Assembly: GCA_034439715.1 (NCBI GenBank)
Contig: JAWXAY010000080.1
Coordinates: 39,862 to 103,861 of the forward strand
Reading direction: 5' to 3'
Length of the DNA: 64,000 nt
From: Pseudomonadota bacterium
GTDB lineage: Bacteria; Bdellovibrionota; Bdellovibrionia; Bdellovibrionales; SG-bin7
In this document: positions 8,734-18,120 of the stretch, piece by piece
Layout of the letters: each line of letters opens with the position of its first letter
Numbering within the stretch: the stretch's first letter is position 1
Translations under genes and position numbers: made by a program
The notes under the pieces: model-generated
The model's input: only the letters and a program-made list of their open reading frames with translations
Told to the model about the DNA's origin: nothing
Database searches by the model: none

Positions 8734-10428
8734 ATGACTGCTTGGGGCATTAATAAATTGCTTTCTAAACATGGATTCATGGCGATCGCGATCTTTGCGA
8801 GTATTGTGGCTTTTTTCGCTCTGACGTGGGACCTAAGGCCCTTTCCTATAAATGCGGGAGTGGACGATGCCAAGTACGTCAAAGACGCATTAGAAATTGT
8901 AAATGGCAACTGGCTTGGCGCCTATGACAACCTGACTCTTAGCAAAAGACCTTTTTTTGGCATAGTTCAGGCGGCAAGAATTCACTTGGGCATTCCGTAT
9001 ACTACCTTTGAGTTTAGTTTTCATATTTTTTGTATGTTGGCATTTTTATGGGCCCTAATAAATCTTGGATTTAATAAATATTTTTCTTTATTTTCTTATT
9101 TTCTAATTCTTTTTATGCCACAGTTTTATGATTTTCAAACTAGCAGAGTGAGTAGGGATCTATTCAACACGGATCTTCAAATATTAATTTTTTCTTTAAG
9201 TTTTGTTTTAGCATTAGCTTTCGATAAAATTCAGAGCACACGTAACAAGGGTTTTCTTGTTTTCTCCCTCTGCCTTTTATTGTCTTTGCATTATGGCACC
9301 CGCGAGGAATCATTTCTGATTTGGCCGGGCCTCTTGATACTACTGATTGGTCATGTCCAGCGCTATGGTCCAACACCGCTGTTTAAAAAATGGCGCTATG
9401 GAATGTCACTTTGTTTATTTTTTCTGTCGGTAGTTACAACTACGAATTTCTTGTGGCAACTTAAAAACTACTCGAAATACGGTCTATTTATAACTATTGA
9501 ACACGAGGCAGGGTCATTTTCTAGAGCTATAGGTGCTTTAGCCAGTATTAAGGAAGAAACGGAACCCTCGCGGCTATTAATTGATCGAAACGAACGATTA
9601 AAGCTGGCGAAGCTAAGCCCCACTTTTGCCAAGGTGTATTCCTCTTTCGACAATCCCGACGCCGATCCGTCAGAGCGTTGCCAAAAGGAAGGCCACTGCG
9701 AAGGTTACGACTATTCTCACCAAATTTTCGCATTTCGTGATTTGTTACCCAAAATGGGAGTGGGAAATAATGCCCGAGAGGCGGAGTTATTCTATCGCAG
9801 TTTTGCGCGAGAAGTTGAAGACCTTTGCGTGAGCGGTTCGCTCAAATGTGTGCTGCCCCTTCGCGCCACCATGTTGCCCTCTTTTTCTATGGCGATGCTT
9901 CCGCGATTTAGTGACATCTTGGCCCAGCATATAAGAGAAATTTTCGAAAGTTCTACGGTCGGTTATAGCTACTGGGAAAACCCTTTTACTGCCGATGACC
10001 AAGTTAAGTTTGAAAAAATGACTCTTCAAAAAGTATTTTTACTCAAAGACAACAAGCTGATATTGGGCGAACTGCCGACACCGATAGAAAATATAAATAA
10101 CCAGATTAATAGGCGACAACGGTTAGCGGCTCTCTACAGTATTTTTACAAAAATATTTATAACGTTGGGAGTGGTGGTAATTGTTTTTGGTTTATTTTTT
10201 GGATTATTTAAAAATGTTGTGATTGGATATATTCTAGCGGCAGCGCTAGTTACCATTATTTTAAGAGTGCTGGCTATCACTTCGATTGGGGCCGTAGATA
10301 GCCAAATGGCAAATGCCTATCTTTATCCTATTTATCCTGTCGTGATTTGGTTCTTTTTAATTGCTGTATATGAAGTGGTAAGTTCACAAAAGTTCTTTAG
10401 CAAGAGCCTCAAACGCCCCAACCTTTAA
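8734..10428 (+). CDS. Multi-TM membrane protein, putative GT-C-fold glycosyltransferase
   Basis: N-terminal TM followed by DDAKY loop and WLGAYDNLTLSKRP, many TMs, GTREE motif, large Cys-containing extracytoplasmic loop. Confidence 0.55.
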   Translation: MTAWGINKLLSKHGFMAIAIFASIVAFFALTWDLRPFPINAGVDDAKYVKDALEIVNGNWLGAYDNLTLSKRPFFGIVQAARIHLGIPYTTFEFSFHIFCMLAFLWALINLGFNKYFSLFSYFLILFMPQFYDFQTSRVSRDLFNTDLQILIFSLSFVLALAFDKIQSTRNKGFLVFSLCLLLSLHYGTREESFLIWPGLLILLIGHVQRYGPTPLFKKWRYGMSLCLFFLSVVTTTNFLWQLKNYSKYGLFITIEHEAGSFSRAIGALASIKEETEPSRLLIDRNERLKLAKLSPTFAKVYSSFDNPDADPSERCQKEGHCEGYDYSHQIFAFRDLLPKMGVGNNAREAELFYRSFAREVEDLCVSGSLKCVLPLRATMLPSFSMAMLPRFSDILAQHIREIFESSTVGYSYWENPFTADDQVKFEKMTLQKVFLLKDNKLILGELPTPIENINNQINRRQRLAALYSIFTKIFITLGVVVIVFGLFFGLFKNVVIGYILAAALVTIILRVLAITSIGAVDSQMANAYLYPIYPVVIWFFLIAVYEVVSSQKFFSKSLKRPNL

Positions 10429-11493
10429 ATCCACACTGATTTTGACGATTTGACGAGAGGGGTCTTTTAACAGCCAGAGTTTGATCGAAACCGGTTTTTT
10501 ATGGGATTCATTGGGCTTTACATTTAGCTCAAGAAGCGTGGTGGGCCTTGTGCCGACGGGTAAAAGTAAAACCTCGTCTTTCGACGTCCTTAGGTTTACC
10601 TTTAAAAGGTGTTCATGATCAGCCAAATTAAAACTTTTTTCTTGGCCTAAACTTAATGGTAAAGTTCGCAGGAAGAACAAGGCCGATCCGGCCAACTGAG
10701 AGTTTTCTATAAAATTACTTTCGCTTTTTTTATTGGTTCTTCGGCCCCCGCGCTCGACAGCGTTCTCCCAGTACCTGGCCTTGCCGTTTAGCTCGCTTAG
10801 CATATAGAGACTGCCATAACGAGTGGTTTCGTCATAAATTACACTCATGGCCAGGGGTTGCCATGAGCCCAGTTCGACATATGTTGTAATGACATCGTTG
10901 ATGCGAAAAAGTTTAAAGGACTCCGAAGACTTTAATTGGACTCTCAATTCGAGTGCTAATTTACCCCTAATTTTGATAAGACGAGAAACCTCAAGTGTCA
11001 ATTCGCCAGCAGAGAGGCCCAAGTAGGACATTTGCAAAACTGATTTCTCACCTAAGCGAAACGGGAGATTTCCCTGAGATGTAGCCACCTTTTGTTCGGT
11101 AGCAGTAAGCTCTTGAATCTGGGCCAATTTGTCAAATTCATCATTTTTATCAAAGCCCGCAGCTCGTGCCAGTTCCTGTTCGCTACCAATATTTTTACTG
11201 ACCAAGGCATCAAAAATACCAACTCCCAGTTCTCCGGTATAGGTAAAGCGATGGTTGCCCTGGTACAAATTTCTAAAGCCATTTTTGAATGTACCACCGA
11301 GTTCTTTTGTTTCTGGGTGATAATAAACAGTATCGAAATGGTCGCCTTCGACCGCTTGAATAGTTTCGCTGGCACTCATTACTTTTATGGCAACATCTTT
11401 TTTAGCGAAATGGGCAAATGCTAAATAGAAAATATTTAAGAAAATTAGAACTAAAAGAAAAAGTTTTGTTTTTCTGTTCCAGCCGAACAACAT
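10384..11493 (-). CDS. Membrane-anchored DUF3108-like protein with N-terminal FtsH-extracellular-like domain
   Basis: C-terminal part has PFRLGEK..L.MSYLGLSAGELTLEV, ALFFLRTLPL and IKLWL.KDP.RQIVKI..DLKVG, typical of DUF3108. One N-terminal TM. Confidence 0.6.
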   Translation of the reverse strand: MLFGWNRKTKLFLLVLIFLNIFYLAFAHFAKKDVAIKVMSASETIQAVEGDHFDTVYYHPETKELGGTFKNGFRNLYQGNHRFTYTGELGVGIFDALVSKNIGSEQELARAAGFDKNDEFDKLAQIQELTATEQKVATSQGNLPFRLGEKSVLQMSYLGLSAGELTLEVSRLIKIRGKLALELRVQLKSSESFKLFRINDVITTYVELGSWQPLAMSVIYDETTRYGSLYMLSELNGKARYWENAVERGGRRTNKKSESNFIENSQLAGSALFFLRTLPLSLGQEKSFNLADHEHLLKVNLRTSKDEVLLLPVGTRPTTLLELNVKPNESHKKPVSIKLWLLKDPSRQIVKISVDLKVGAFEALAKELL

Positions 11494-11495
11494 TT

Positions 11496-12236
11496 TTAAA
11501 GCGACGTTTTTTGGGCTTCGAGACTTTTCTTGTAGCGCCAGCTAAAAACCTCAGAAATAAACTGATAGTAGTAAGCCGCGCCCCATTGTAAAATCTGTAA
11601 CTTTCTCTCGCCACCGATTCGAGGTGGTTCATCGCCAGGAATTTCGGCAATCTTTAGGCCAGCCTTGGCAGCTCGGACTGAAAGTAGTGGTTCCCAACTT
11701 ATTTTTGTATGAAACAATGTTTCTGGAATTTTATACGAGCTGTCTTTGTCGAGGTCTAATTCGTAGGCCATGTTTTTTCGGTAACCGCGGTAAATGACCA
11801 TGGCATCCGTATATCGCGCATTGTGCAATACGTTTACAGTCTTGGTAAATAGCCAATTACCGAAGCTCGTAATGAGATCATCGTCTTCACTTTTCGCTGA
11901 TCCTAGATAGCGCGACACTATTACCATGTCATAGCCTTCTGTCATTTTATGAATCAAATCAGGCAAAAGCTCTGGGATAGAATTGCCGTCGGGGCTAAAG
12001 GTGATGACATAATCACCGGTAATGAGAGGCCAGACTTCTGTGTACGCATGGCGAAATCCCTTTTGTTTTTGTATATACACTTCGTAGCCATTTTCACGCG
12101 ACCACTCAATTGTGCCGTCGGTGGACCCCCCATCGAGCACAAGAATTTGATGAAACAAATCTCGGGGAATTTTAGGCATTATGGCTTTCATGCCAATTAC
12201 TTCATTCAGAGTGGGTACAAGAAGTGTAATTTTCAT
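11496..12236 (-). CDS. GT2 family glycosyltransferase (DPM synthase-like)
   Basis: LLVPTLNE, VLDGGSTDGT, FSPDGNS, SRY, PRIGGERK. Confidence 0.85.
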   Translation of the reverse strand: MKITLLVPTLNEVIGMKAIMPKIPRDLFHQILVLDGGSTDGTIEWSRENGYEVYIQKQKGFRHAYTEVWPLITGDYVITFSPDGNSIPELLPDLIHKMTEGYDMVIVSRYLGSAKSEDDDLITSFGNWLFTKTVNVLHNARYTDAMVIYRGYRKNMAYELDLDKDSSYKIPETLFHTKISWEPLLSVRAAKAGLKIAEIPGDEPPRIGGERKLQILQWGAAYYYQFISEVFSWRYKKSLEAQKTSL

Positions 12237-12350
12237 ATTTTCCTTTACAGTTAGAAAGAACTCTTTTACTTCCTAAACTTTTATGAAACTATCAATGTTA
12301 TTGTTAAACAGAAAATAATGCCACGCATTAATAATGAAGTGAGGTAATCC

Positions 12351-13409
12351 ATGATCATCAGCCAGACGCCTTTTCGTATTTCCTTTTTTGGCGGTGGTAC
12401 AGACTACCCCCTTTGGTTTCGCGAACATGGCGGCGCAGTTCTGGCCACTACGATCGATAAATATTGTTACCTTAGTTGTCGCTACCTCCCTCCCTTTTTC
12501 GCTCATAAACATCGAATTGTTTACTCGGTTATTGAAAATGTGAAAGAGATTGAAGATATCAAGCACCCTGCCGTGAGAGAAGTAGTCAAATATTTAGGCA
12601 TTCGCGATGGTTTAGAAGTGCATCACGATGGAGACTTGCCTGCTCGTTCAGGATTAGGCTCAAGTTCTTCGTTTACCGTCGGACTGCTCAATACGCTTTA
12701 TGCGCTTCATGGCAAACTGACTTCAAAGGCCCAATTAGCCAAGCTCGCCATACATATTGAACAAAACATTATTAAAGAAACAGTTGGTTCACAAGATCAG
12801 ATTTCGGCGGCATTTGGCGGATTTAATATCATTAAATTTAATAGAGATGATAGTTTTCAAGTCGATCCCGTAATTATTACGAAAGAGCGTAAAGAAGAGC
12901 TTGAAAGTCATTTAATGTTATTTTTTACAGGAATATCCCGTACTGCTGAGACCGTTGCGCAAAGTAAACTAAAGAATTTTGAAAAGAAGACGTCGCAACT
13001 TTCAACGATGTTTCAGATGGTGCAAGAAGCCCAAAGTATTTTAGAGAGCTCTCGTGTGTCCATTTGCGAAATCGGCGAGATGTTGCATGAGGGGTGGCTC
13101 CTGAAGCAGGAGTTGTCAGATAAAGTTTCGAATAAATTTGTAAGTGATATGTATACCTCGGCTCTCGAGTCAGGTGCCATTGGTGGCAAACTATTAGGTG
13201 CCGGCGGCGGGGGTTTTATGTTGCTTTTTGTTCCGCCCGAGCGTCAGGAACAAGTGCGACAGCGCTTGCGCGGCCTCATTGAGGTGAATTTTAAGTTTGA
13301 AAACCAGGGTAGCCGAATTACGCTTTACGATCCCAACTTAGGTAACAGTGTTGAAACGCTAAAGGCTGCGGCATCGATACAATTACCTTCACCTGATCAG
13401 CTAATGTAG
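12351..13409 (+). CDS. hddA: GHMP kinase, D-glycero-alpha-D-manno-heptose-7-phosphate kinase-like
   Basis: TPFRISFFGGGTDYP, DLPARSGLGSSS, VGSQDQ, GGKLLGAGGGGF. Confidence 0.82.
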   Translation: MIISQTPFRISFFGGGTDYPLWFREHGGAVLATTIDKYCYLSCRYLPPFFAHKHRIVYSVIENVKEIEDIKHPAVREVVKYLGIRDGLEVHHDGDLPARSGLGSSSSFTVGLLNTLYALHGKLTSKAQLAKLAIHIEQNIIKETVGSQDQISAAFGGFNIIKFNRDDSFQVDPVIITKERKEELESHLMLFFTGISRTAETVAQSKLKNFEKKTSQLSTMFQMVQEAQSILESSRVSICEIGEMLHEGWLLKQELSDKVSNKFVSDMYTSALESGAIGGKLLGAGGGGFMLLFVPPERQEQVRQRLRGLIEVNFKFENQGSRITLYDPNLGNSVETLKAAASIQLPSPDQLM

Positions 13410-13422
13410 GCCAGTTTAAGAT

Positions 13423-14397
13423 TTATAAATCCAAATATTGCTTACAGCCAATATATTCTGTGACTAGGTGTCTTGGTGACACGTCAAAGGCAGGATTATA
13501 AACCTGGCTCGACGGATGCCCCTCTGCACCTATTACTTCTTTCGGGTCTCTTTGTTCGACGGGAATATTTTTGCCATTAGGACAATTGGGATCAACCGTT
13601 GTTGATGGTGCCACAACATAAAAAGGAATTTTGTGAACCGATGCCATGGTGGCGACGGTGAACGTACCAATCTTATTGGCAAAGTCGCCATTTTTCGCAA
13701 TACGATCAGCCCCCACAAAAATTTTCTGAATTTTACCGAGGCTCATCAGAAACCCCGCCATATTATCGCAGATTAAAGTAAAAGGAATGCCGTGCCTATG
13801 GAGTTCCCAGGAGGTCAGCCTAGCGCCCTGAAGCAAGGGTCTGGTTTCATCCACATATACATGAATTTTTTTACCTTGATCATGAGCTGTTTTAATGACA
13901 CCTACCGCGGTGCCAATGCCAGCTGTGGCGAGTCCTCCGGCATTACAGTGGGTGAGGACTGTATCACCATCATTAATAAATTTTGCACCCTCAAGACCCA
14001 TCTCTAGACATAATCTAACATCTTCTTCAAATATTTCTGTGGCTTTAGCGACAAGATTTGCGACCGATGGGGTTGGCACTTTCAAAAGTGGTAGCATACG
14101 ATCAACAGCATTCATTAAATTAACTGCAGTAGGGCGAGCCCCTCGCAGGGTCATGGCCGATTTTAAAAGTTCGTCACGTGAAACATCTTTTTTAGCGTAA
14201 TCGGCGATGGCCAGCGCTGCTGCGACGCCAATGAGTGGGGCACCGCGAACCTTAAGACTGCGAATGTAATTAGACATTTGATAGGGGTCACTGACCTCAA
14301 GCCACACCTCGCGGTGGGGCAAAAGCTCTTGGTCTAAAATTGTAAGTTTCTGTTGGTTAATTTTGAGGCCGAGGGAGTTTAATTCTTTAAATAACAC
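13423..14397 (-). CDS. mtnA: S-methyl-5-thioribose-1-phosphate isomerase
   Basis: LDQELLPH, VRGAPLIG, RPTAVNL, LTHCNAGGLAT, DETRPLLQGARLT, VGADRIA.NGD.ANKIGT, NPAFDV. The likely start is GTG 14397 after GGAGG; the ORF track extends to 14445. Confidence 0.93.
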   Translation of the reverse strand: MLFKELNSLGLKINQQKLTILDQELLPHREVWLEVSDPYQMSNYIRSLKVRGAPLIGVAAALAIADYAKKDVSRDELLKSAMTLRGARPTAVNLMNAVDRMLPLLKVPTPSVANLVAKATEIFEEDVRLCLEMGLEGAKFINDGDTVLTHCNAGGLATAGIGTAVGVIKTAHDQGKKIHVYVDETRPLLQGARLTSWELHRHGIPFTLICDNMAGFLMSLGKIQKIFVGADRIAKNGDFANKIGTFTVATMASVHKIPFYVVAPSTTVDPNCPNGKNIPVEQRDPKEVIGAEGHPSSQVYNPAFDVSPRHLVTEYIGCKQYLDL

Positions 14398-16369
14398 GAT
14401 CGTTACCTCCATCAATTGAAATTTGCGCGCCCGTTGTTTTACCAAATAACGGACCGGCCATTGCTATCACCAAGCCGGCAACATCTTTTGAAGAAACTTC
14501 GGTCTGTAGCAGATTCTTTGTTTTGTATTGTTCCACTGTCATACCATAGTGACGGGCGCGATTTTCTAAAACTTCTTTGGTCCAAACACCTGTATCAAAT
14601 ACGGCGTCGGGATGAAGAATATTGACTCTGATTCCTTGCGGAGCGAGTTCTAAGGCCGCGACGCGAGCGAGCTGAGTAAGTCCTGCCTTAGACACTGAGT
14701 AGGCGGAGGCGCCGGGTCCAGGTGCGAGCACGTTTTTAGAGGCCATAATTACGACTGCTGGGTCAAATCCATTTTTTAAAAAGGGGATAGCACTACTGAG
14801 TACACGAAAGTGGCTGGTGAGATTCACGTCGATTGTTTTTGCCCATGTGGCCTCATCTAAATCTTCTATTTTTATGCCAGGTGGAAAAGTTCCCGCATTA
14901 CTAACTAAAATGTCTAAGCCGCCATACGTTCTTATGCATTCCGCTATAGAATTTTTCACTTGTTCGGTGCTAGTTACGTCACACATCAGACCCCTGAATT
15001 CAGGTTTCAGAAACATTTTAGAAATTTCAGGGTTAGTGTCGAGCGCTACGACACAGGCGCCTTCTTTAAGAAAATTTTCTACACAGGCTTTGCCAATTCC
15101 GCTAGCTGCCCCTGTAACGAGCGCCACCTTGCCTTGAAGCACAGGGAGTAGTGATGATTTTTTTATTTTAGCCTGTTCTAATTCCCAATATTCGACTTCA
15201 AAAAGATTTTTTTCGTCTAGCGGTTGCCACTGCCCCAAAGCTTCGCCCCATTGCACCGCTTTCTGAGTGTGTCTTGCGATATCACAAATCACTTGCGTGG
15301 TCTTATAGGCCGGGGCCGCCGTGATAACGCCGTAACCTGGCCAAACTAGCCAACGGGGCGTGGGGTTTAGCATGGTGAGGTTGCCAGTTGTCTGGCGCTT
15401 AAAATAACTTTGATATTTTTCGCTGTAGGCTTCGAGCTCCGTTTCAATTTTATCTTTATGTATAAGAGGAAAGGGTTTGGTGTGGATGACATGGTCGGGG
15501 GTCACAGTGCCGCGGCAAGCGACGTCGTCTATATTTTTTAAGTTCGAAAAACCCACGGCCTCGGGGGATTTATCCCAAGTCAAAACGAGAGAAGTTTTGG
15601 CTCTACTACCTAGCACTTTACGGATTTGCGCGAGTTCTAAAAGGTTTTCTTTTGCCTCGCCACGGGCAATCTTATTACCACCGCTTTTTTCTATGTAATT
15701 TTCGGCAAGGCTTACTACTTTAATCATATTCTCGTAGGCCAACTTGGCATCATTTGCGAAAGTAAACACGCCGTGATTTAATAAAATTAGAGAATCAATT
15801 TTTGACCAATCGATATCTTGAGTTAATTCAAAAATTTTTCGAGCCAAAATAAATCCAGGCATGACATAGGGAATGATAACGGTGCGATCTCCATAGATCT
15901 CATGAATTCTTTTTTCGCCATCAGGATGATTGGTAATAGTAACCACGGCGTCAGCATGTGTATGATCGACGTACTTAAAGGGAATCAGCGAATGCAAGAT
16001 AGCTTCTATCGAAGGACCAGGGGCTGATGGGTCTGTCATTGCGATTTTTTGTTCACGAACCATATCGCTATCACTTAATTTTTCTAAACGAGCCAGTTTA
16101 TGTAAGACTTCCATTCGCACAGGCGCAAATCCCTGTGGCTCGATAGTCTTAAGATCCCAACCACTCCCTTTGACATAAAGAATATCCTCTCTGTCGCCAA
16201 AAATATTTGACTGAGATATCTTTACCGAAGTATTGCCACCACCGTGCAAAACTAAGCTGGGTTCCTGTCCCAAAAGTCTTGAGGTGTAGACGCGTAGCTT
16301 TAAAGGGTCGTTATCAGTGGCAATAACATCTTGCTGATTCCAGCGGCTCTGCATGGCTATGCTCCTCAT
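14387..16369 (-). CDS. Bifunctional class II aldolase / short-chain dehydrogenase (RhaD/YuxG-like fusion)
   Basis: LVLHGGGNTSVK, KGSGWDL, PSIEAILH, HTHAD, NHG and TPDH in the aldolase part; TGAASGIG, NAG and YSVSK in the SDR part. Confidence 0.9.
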   Translation of the reverse strand: MRSIAMQSRWNQQDVIATDNDPLKLRVYTSRLLGQEPSLVLHGGGNTSVKISQSNIFGDREDILYVKGSGWDLKTIEPQGFAPVRMEVLHKLARLEKLSDSDMVREQKIAMTDPSAPGPSIEAILHSLIPFKYVDHTHADAVVTITNHPDGEKRIHEIYGDRTVIIPYVMPGFILARKIFELTQDIDWSKIDSLILLNHGVFTFANDAKLAYENMIKVVSLAENYIEKSGGNKIARGEAKENLLELAQIRKVLGSRAKTSLVLTWDKSPEAVGFSNLKNIDDVACRGTVTPDHVIHTKPFPLIHKDKIETELEAYSEKYQSYFKRQTTGNLTMLNPTPRWLVWPGYGVITAAPAYKTTQVICDIARHTQKAVQWGEALGQWQPLDEKNLFEVEYWELEQAKIKKSSLLPVLQGKVALVTGAASGIGKACVENFLKEGACVVALDTNPEISKMFLKPEFRGLMCDVTSTEQVKNSIAECIRTYGGLDILVSNAGTFPPGIKIEDLDEATWAKTIDVNLTSHFRVLSSAIPFLKNGFDPAVVIMASKNVLAPGPGASAYSVSKAGLTQLARVAALELAPQGIRVNILHPDAVFDTGVWTKEVLENRARHYGMTVEQYKTKNLLQTEVSSKDVAGLVIAMAGPLFGKTTGAQISIDGGNDRVI

Positions 16370-16441
16370 TCATCTCTACAATTGATTTTTGGCCATTAAT
16401 GAGTATAACAAAAGCTAAGGCTTAGCAAGAAAGAGGCAACA

Positions 16442-17293
16442 ATGTCCACCCTAAAATCCCTAGACTCACCAGTCACGTTAAAACTTCCCGACCAATCCAT
16501 AACTTGGGGAGACTGTAGTAGCTGGGTATTGTTTGCGGGACCTGACATAATTGAAGATGAGGGTTTAGTCCTCGAGGTGGGAATGGAGTTAAAGCGTCTC
16601 ACACAAGAGTTAGGCATACCATGGATATTAAAGTGCTCCTACGATAAGGCCAATCGGCAATCCAGCGATAATTTTCGTGGACCAGGGGTTAGTAAGGCAC
16701 TTGCAAACTTAGGAAAAATTAAATCTAAAATAGGCTGTGCGCTTTTAACCGATGTTCACGAAACCACTCAAGTCGATGCCGCTGCCGAAGTCGCCGATGT
16801 CTTGCAAGTTCCGGCATTTTTATGTCGACAAACAGACTTAGTAGTTAAGATCGCGCAAACTAAGAAGGTAATGCATATTAAGAAGGGCCAGTTTATGGCG
16901 CCTTGGGACATGGGTGCCATTGTAAAAAAAGCGCAGAAAGCCGGTAACGAAAAAATATTGCTTTGTGAACGAGGCGTGAGTTTTGGTTACAACCGACTGA
17001 TTAATGACATGACCGGTTTGGTTGAAATGCGCGCGATCGGCAAACCTGTGATCATGGATATCACACACTCGACGCAATTGCCGGGCGCCACAGGAACCAG
17101 CAGTGGTGGCCGCCGTGAAATGTCGCCCGCATTGGCGCGTGCAGCTATGGCAGTTGGTGTGGATGGAATATTTTTAGAAACTCATCCAGATCCTGATAAA
17201 GCGTTATGTGATGGCCCGACGTCACTGGCACTTAAGGACATTCCTGAGCTTTTGAAAAGTCTCAACAAAATTTGGAAGACGCATTTTAATTAA
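16442..17293 (+). CDS. kdsA: KDO-8-phosphate synthase
   Basis: K.SYDKANR.S, TDVHE, QVPAFLCRQTDL, KKGQFMAP, LCERG.SFGY, DITHS.QLPG, ETHPDP..ALCDGP. Confidence 0.92.
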   Translation: MSTLKSLDSPVTLKLPDQSITWGDCSSWVLFAGPDIIEDEGLVLEVGMELKRLTQELGIPWILKCSYDKANRQSSDNFRGPGVSKALANLGKIKSKIGCALLTDVHETTQVDAAAEVADVLQVPAFLCRQTDLVVKIAQTKKVMHIKKGQFMAPWDMGAIVKKAQKAGNEKILLCERGVSFGYNRLINDMTGLVEMRAIGKPVIMDITHSTQLPGATGTSSGGRREMSPALARAAMAVGVDGIFLETHPDPDKALCDGPTSLALKDIPELLKSLNKIWKTHFN

Positions 17294-18120
17294 AAAAACT
17301 TCTCGGCGCAATAGCGGGCGGACTCAGCAATAAATCCACTAATTTTTTTATCCGGAATCAACCGCGTAGCCACATGTTCAGAGTGGCTAATTCTTAAAGT
17401 CGGTACAAACCTAATTGACAAGCCTAATTTGCGGCAAGTCTCTGCTACAAATATTTCCTCACCATAGAGAAAGACACCATGTTGTAGGTGACCGCCAGCC
17501 TCAAAATAAGATCTATGAAAAATTAAAAAAGCCCCGTGAGCTGAGTAGATATCCTGAGCGCCTAAGTTGGTAGTTACTTTCTTAAGCCTATTTTTAATTT
17601 GAGCACGCCCTATAGACAGCAGATGATAAACCGTCGACGTTAAGTAGTTACTAAAAATGTATTTATAAGTGTGCATGCGTAGGGATGTTGGCCGCTCCAA
17701 CATGTGGGGGTTCTGATTCTGGCCCGATAACAAAGACGTAATGGTGGGAGCAAAAACAGCCGCATTACTAAGACTCAAAATTTTTGCTATAAACTCGGGG
17801 TCTTGAATGCGAATGTCGGGATTGGAAACTATAACAAACTCAGGTAAGGAGTAATTTTTTAAATACACTTCTACGGCCCGATGTGCGGCGCCAAAATAAC
17901 CAAGATTGGTTTCGGGCTTTATAATCTCAAGCGAAATTGGAAGCGCTTTTAGCGCTTCCAATTTGCTATCGTCCTGAGGCGCATTGTTGACCACGAAAAC
18001 ATCCAATACCGATTTTTTACTCTGTTGGCTTAGGTCTTCAACCAATGTCTTGGTTTCAGCAAAACTATTATAGTTTACGCAAATAAATAAAATTTTAGGA
18101 TTTAACATAGGTGGGTCCAT
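17290..18120 (-). CDS. GT2 family glycosyltransferase (rhamnosyltransferase-like)
   Basis: CVNYNS, NLGYFGA, SNPDI, FLYGEE. Confidence 0.82.
   Translation of the reverse strand: MDPPMLNPKILFICVNYNSFAETKTLVEDLSQQSKKSVLDVFVVNNAPQDDSKLEALKALPISLEIIKPETNLGYFGAAHRAVEVYLKNYSLPEFVIVSNPDIRIQDPEFIAKILSLSNAAVFAPTITSLLSGQNQNPHMLERPTSLRMHTYKYIFSNYLTSTVYHLLSIGRAQIKNRLKKVTTNLGAQDIYSAHGAFLIFHRSYFEAGGHLQHGVFLYGEEIFVAETCRKLGLSIRFVPTLRISHSEHVATRLIPDKKISGFIAESARYCAEKFF

Noticed and set aside
13423..16369. mtnA pair as the recycler for the locus methyltransferases
   Set aside because: Class I methyltransferases release SAH, not MTA or 5'-deoxyadenosine, so a direct link is not supported.
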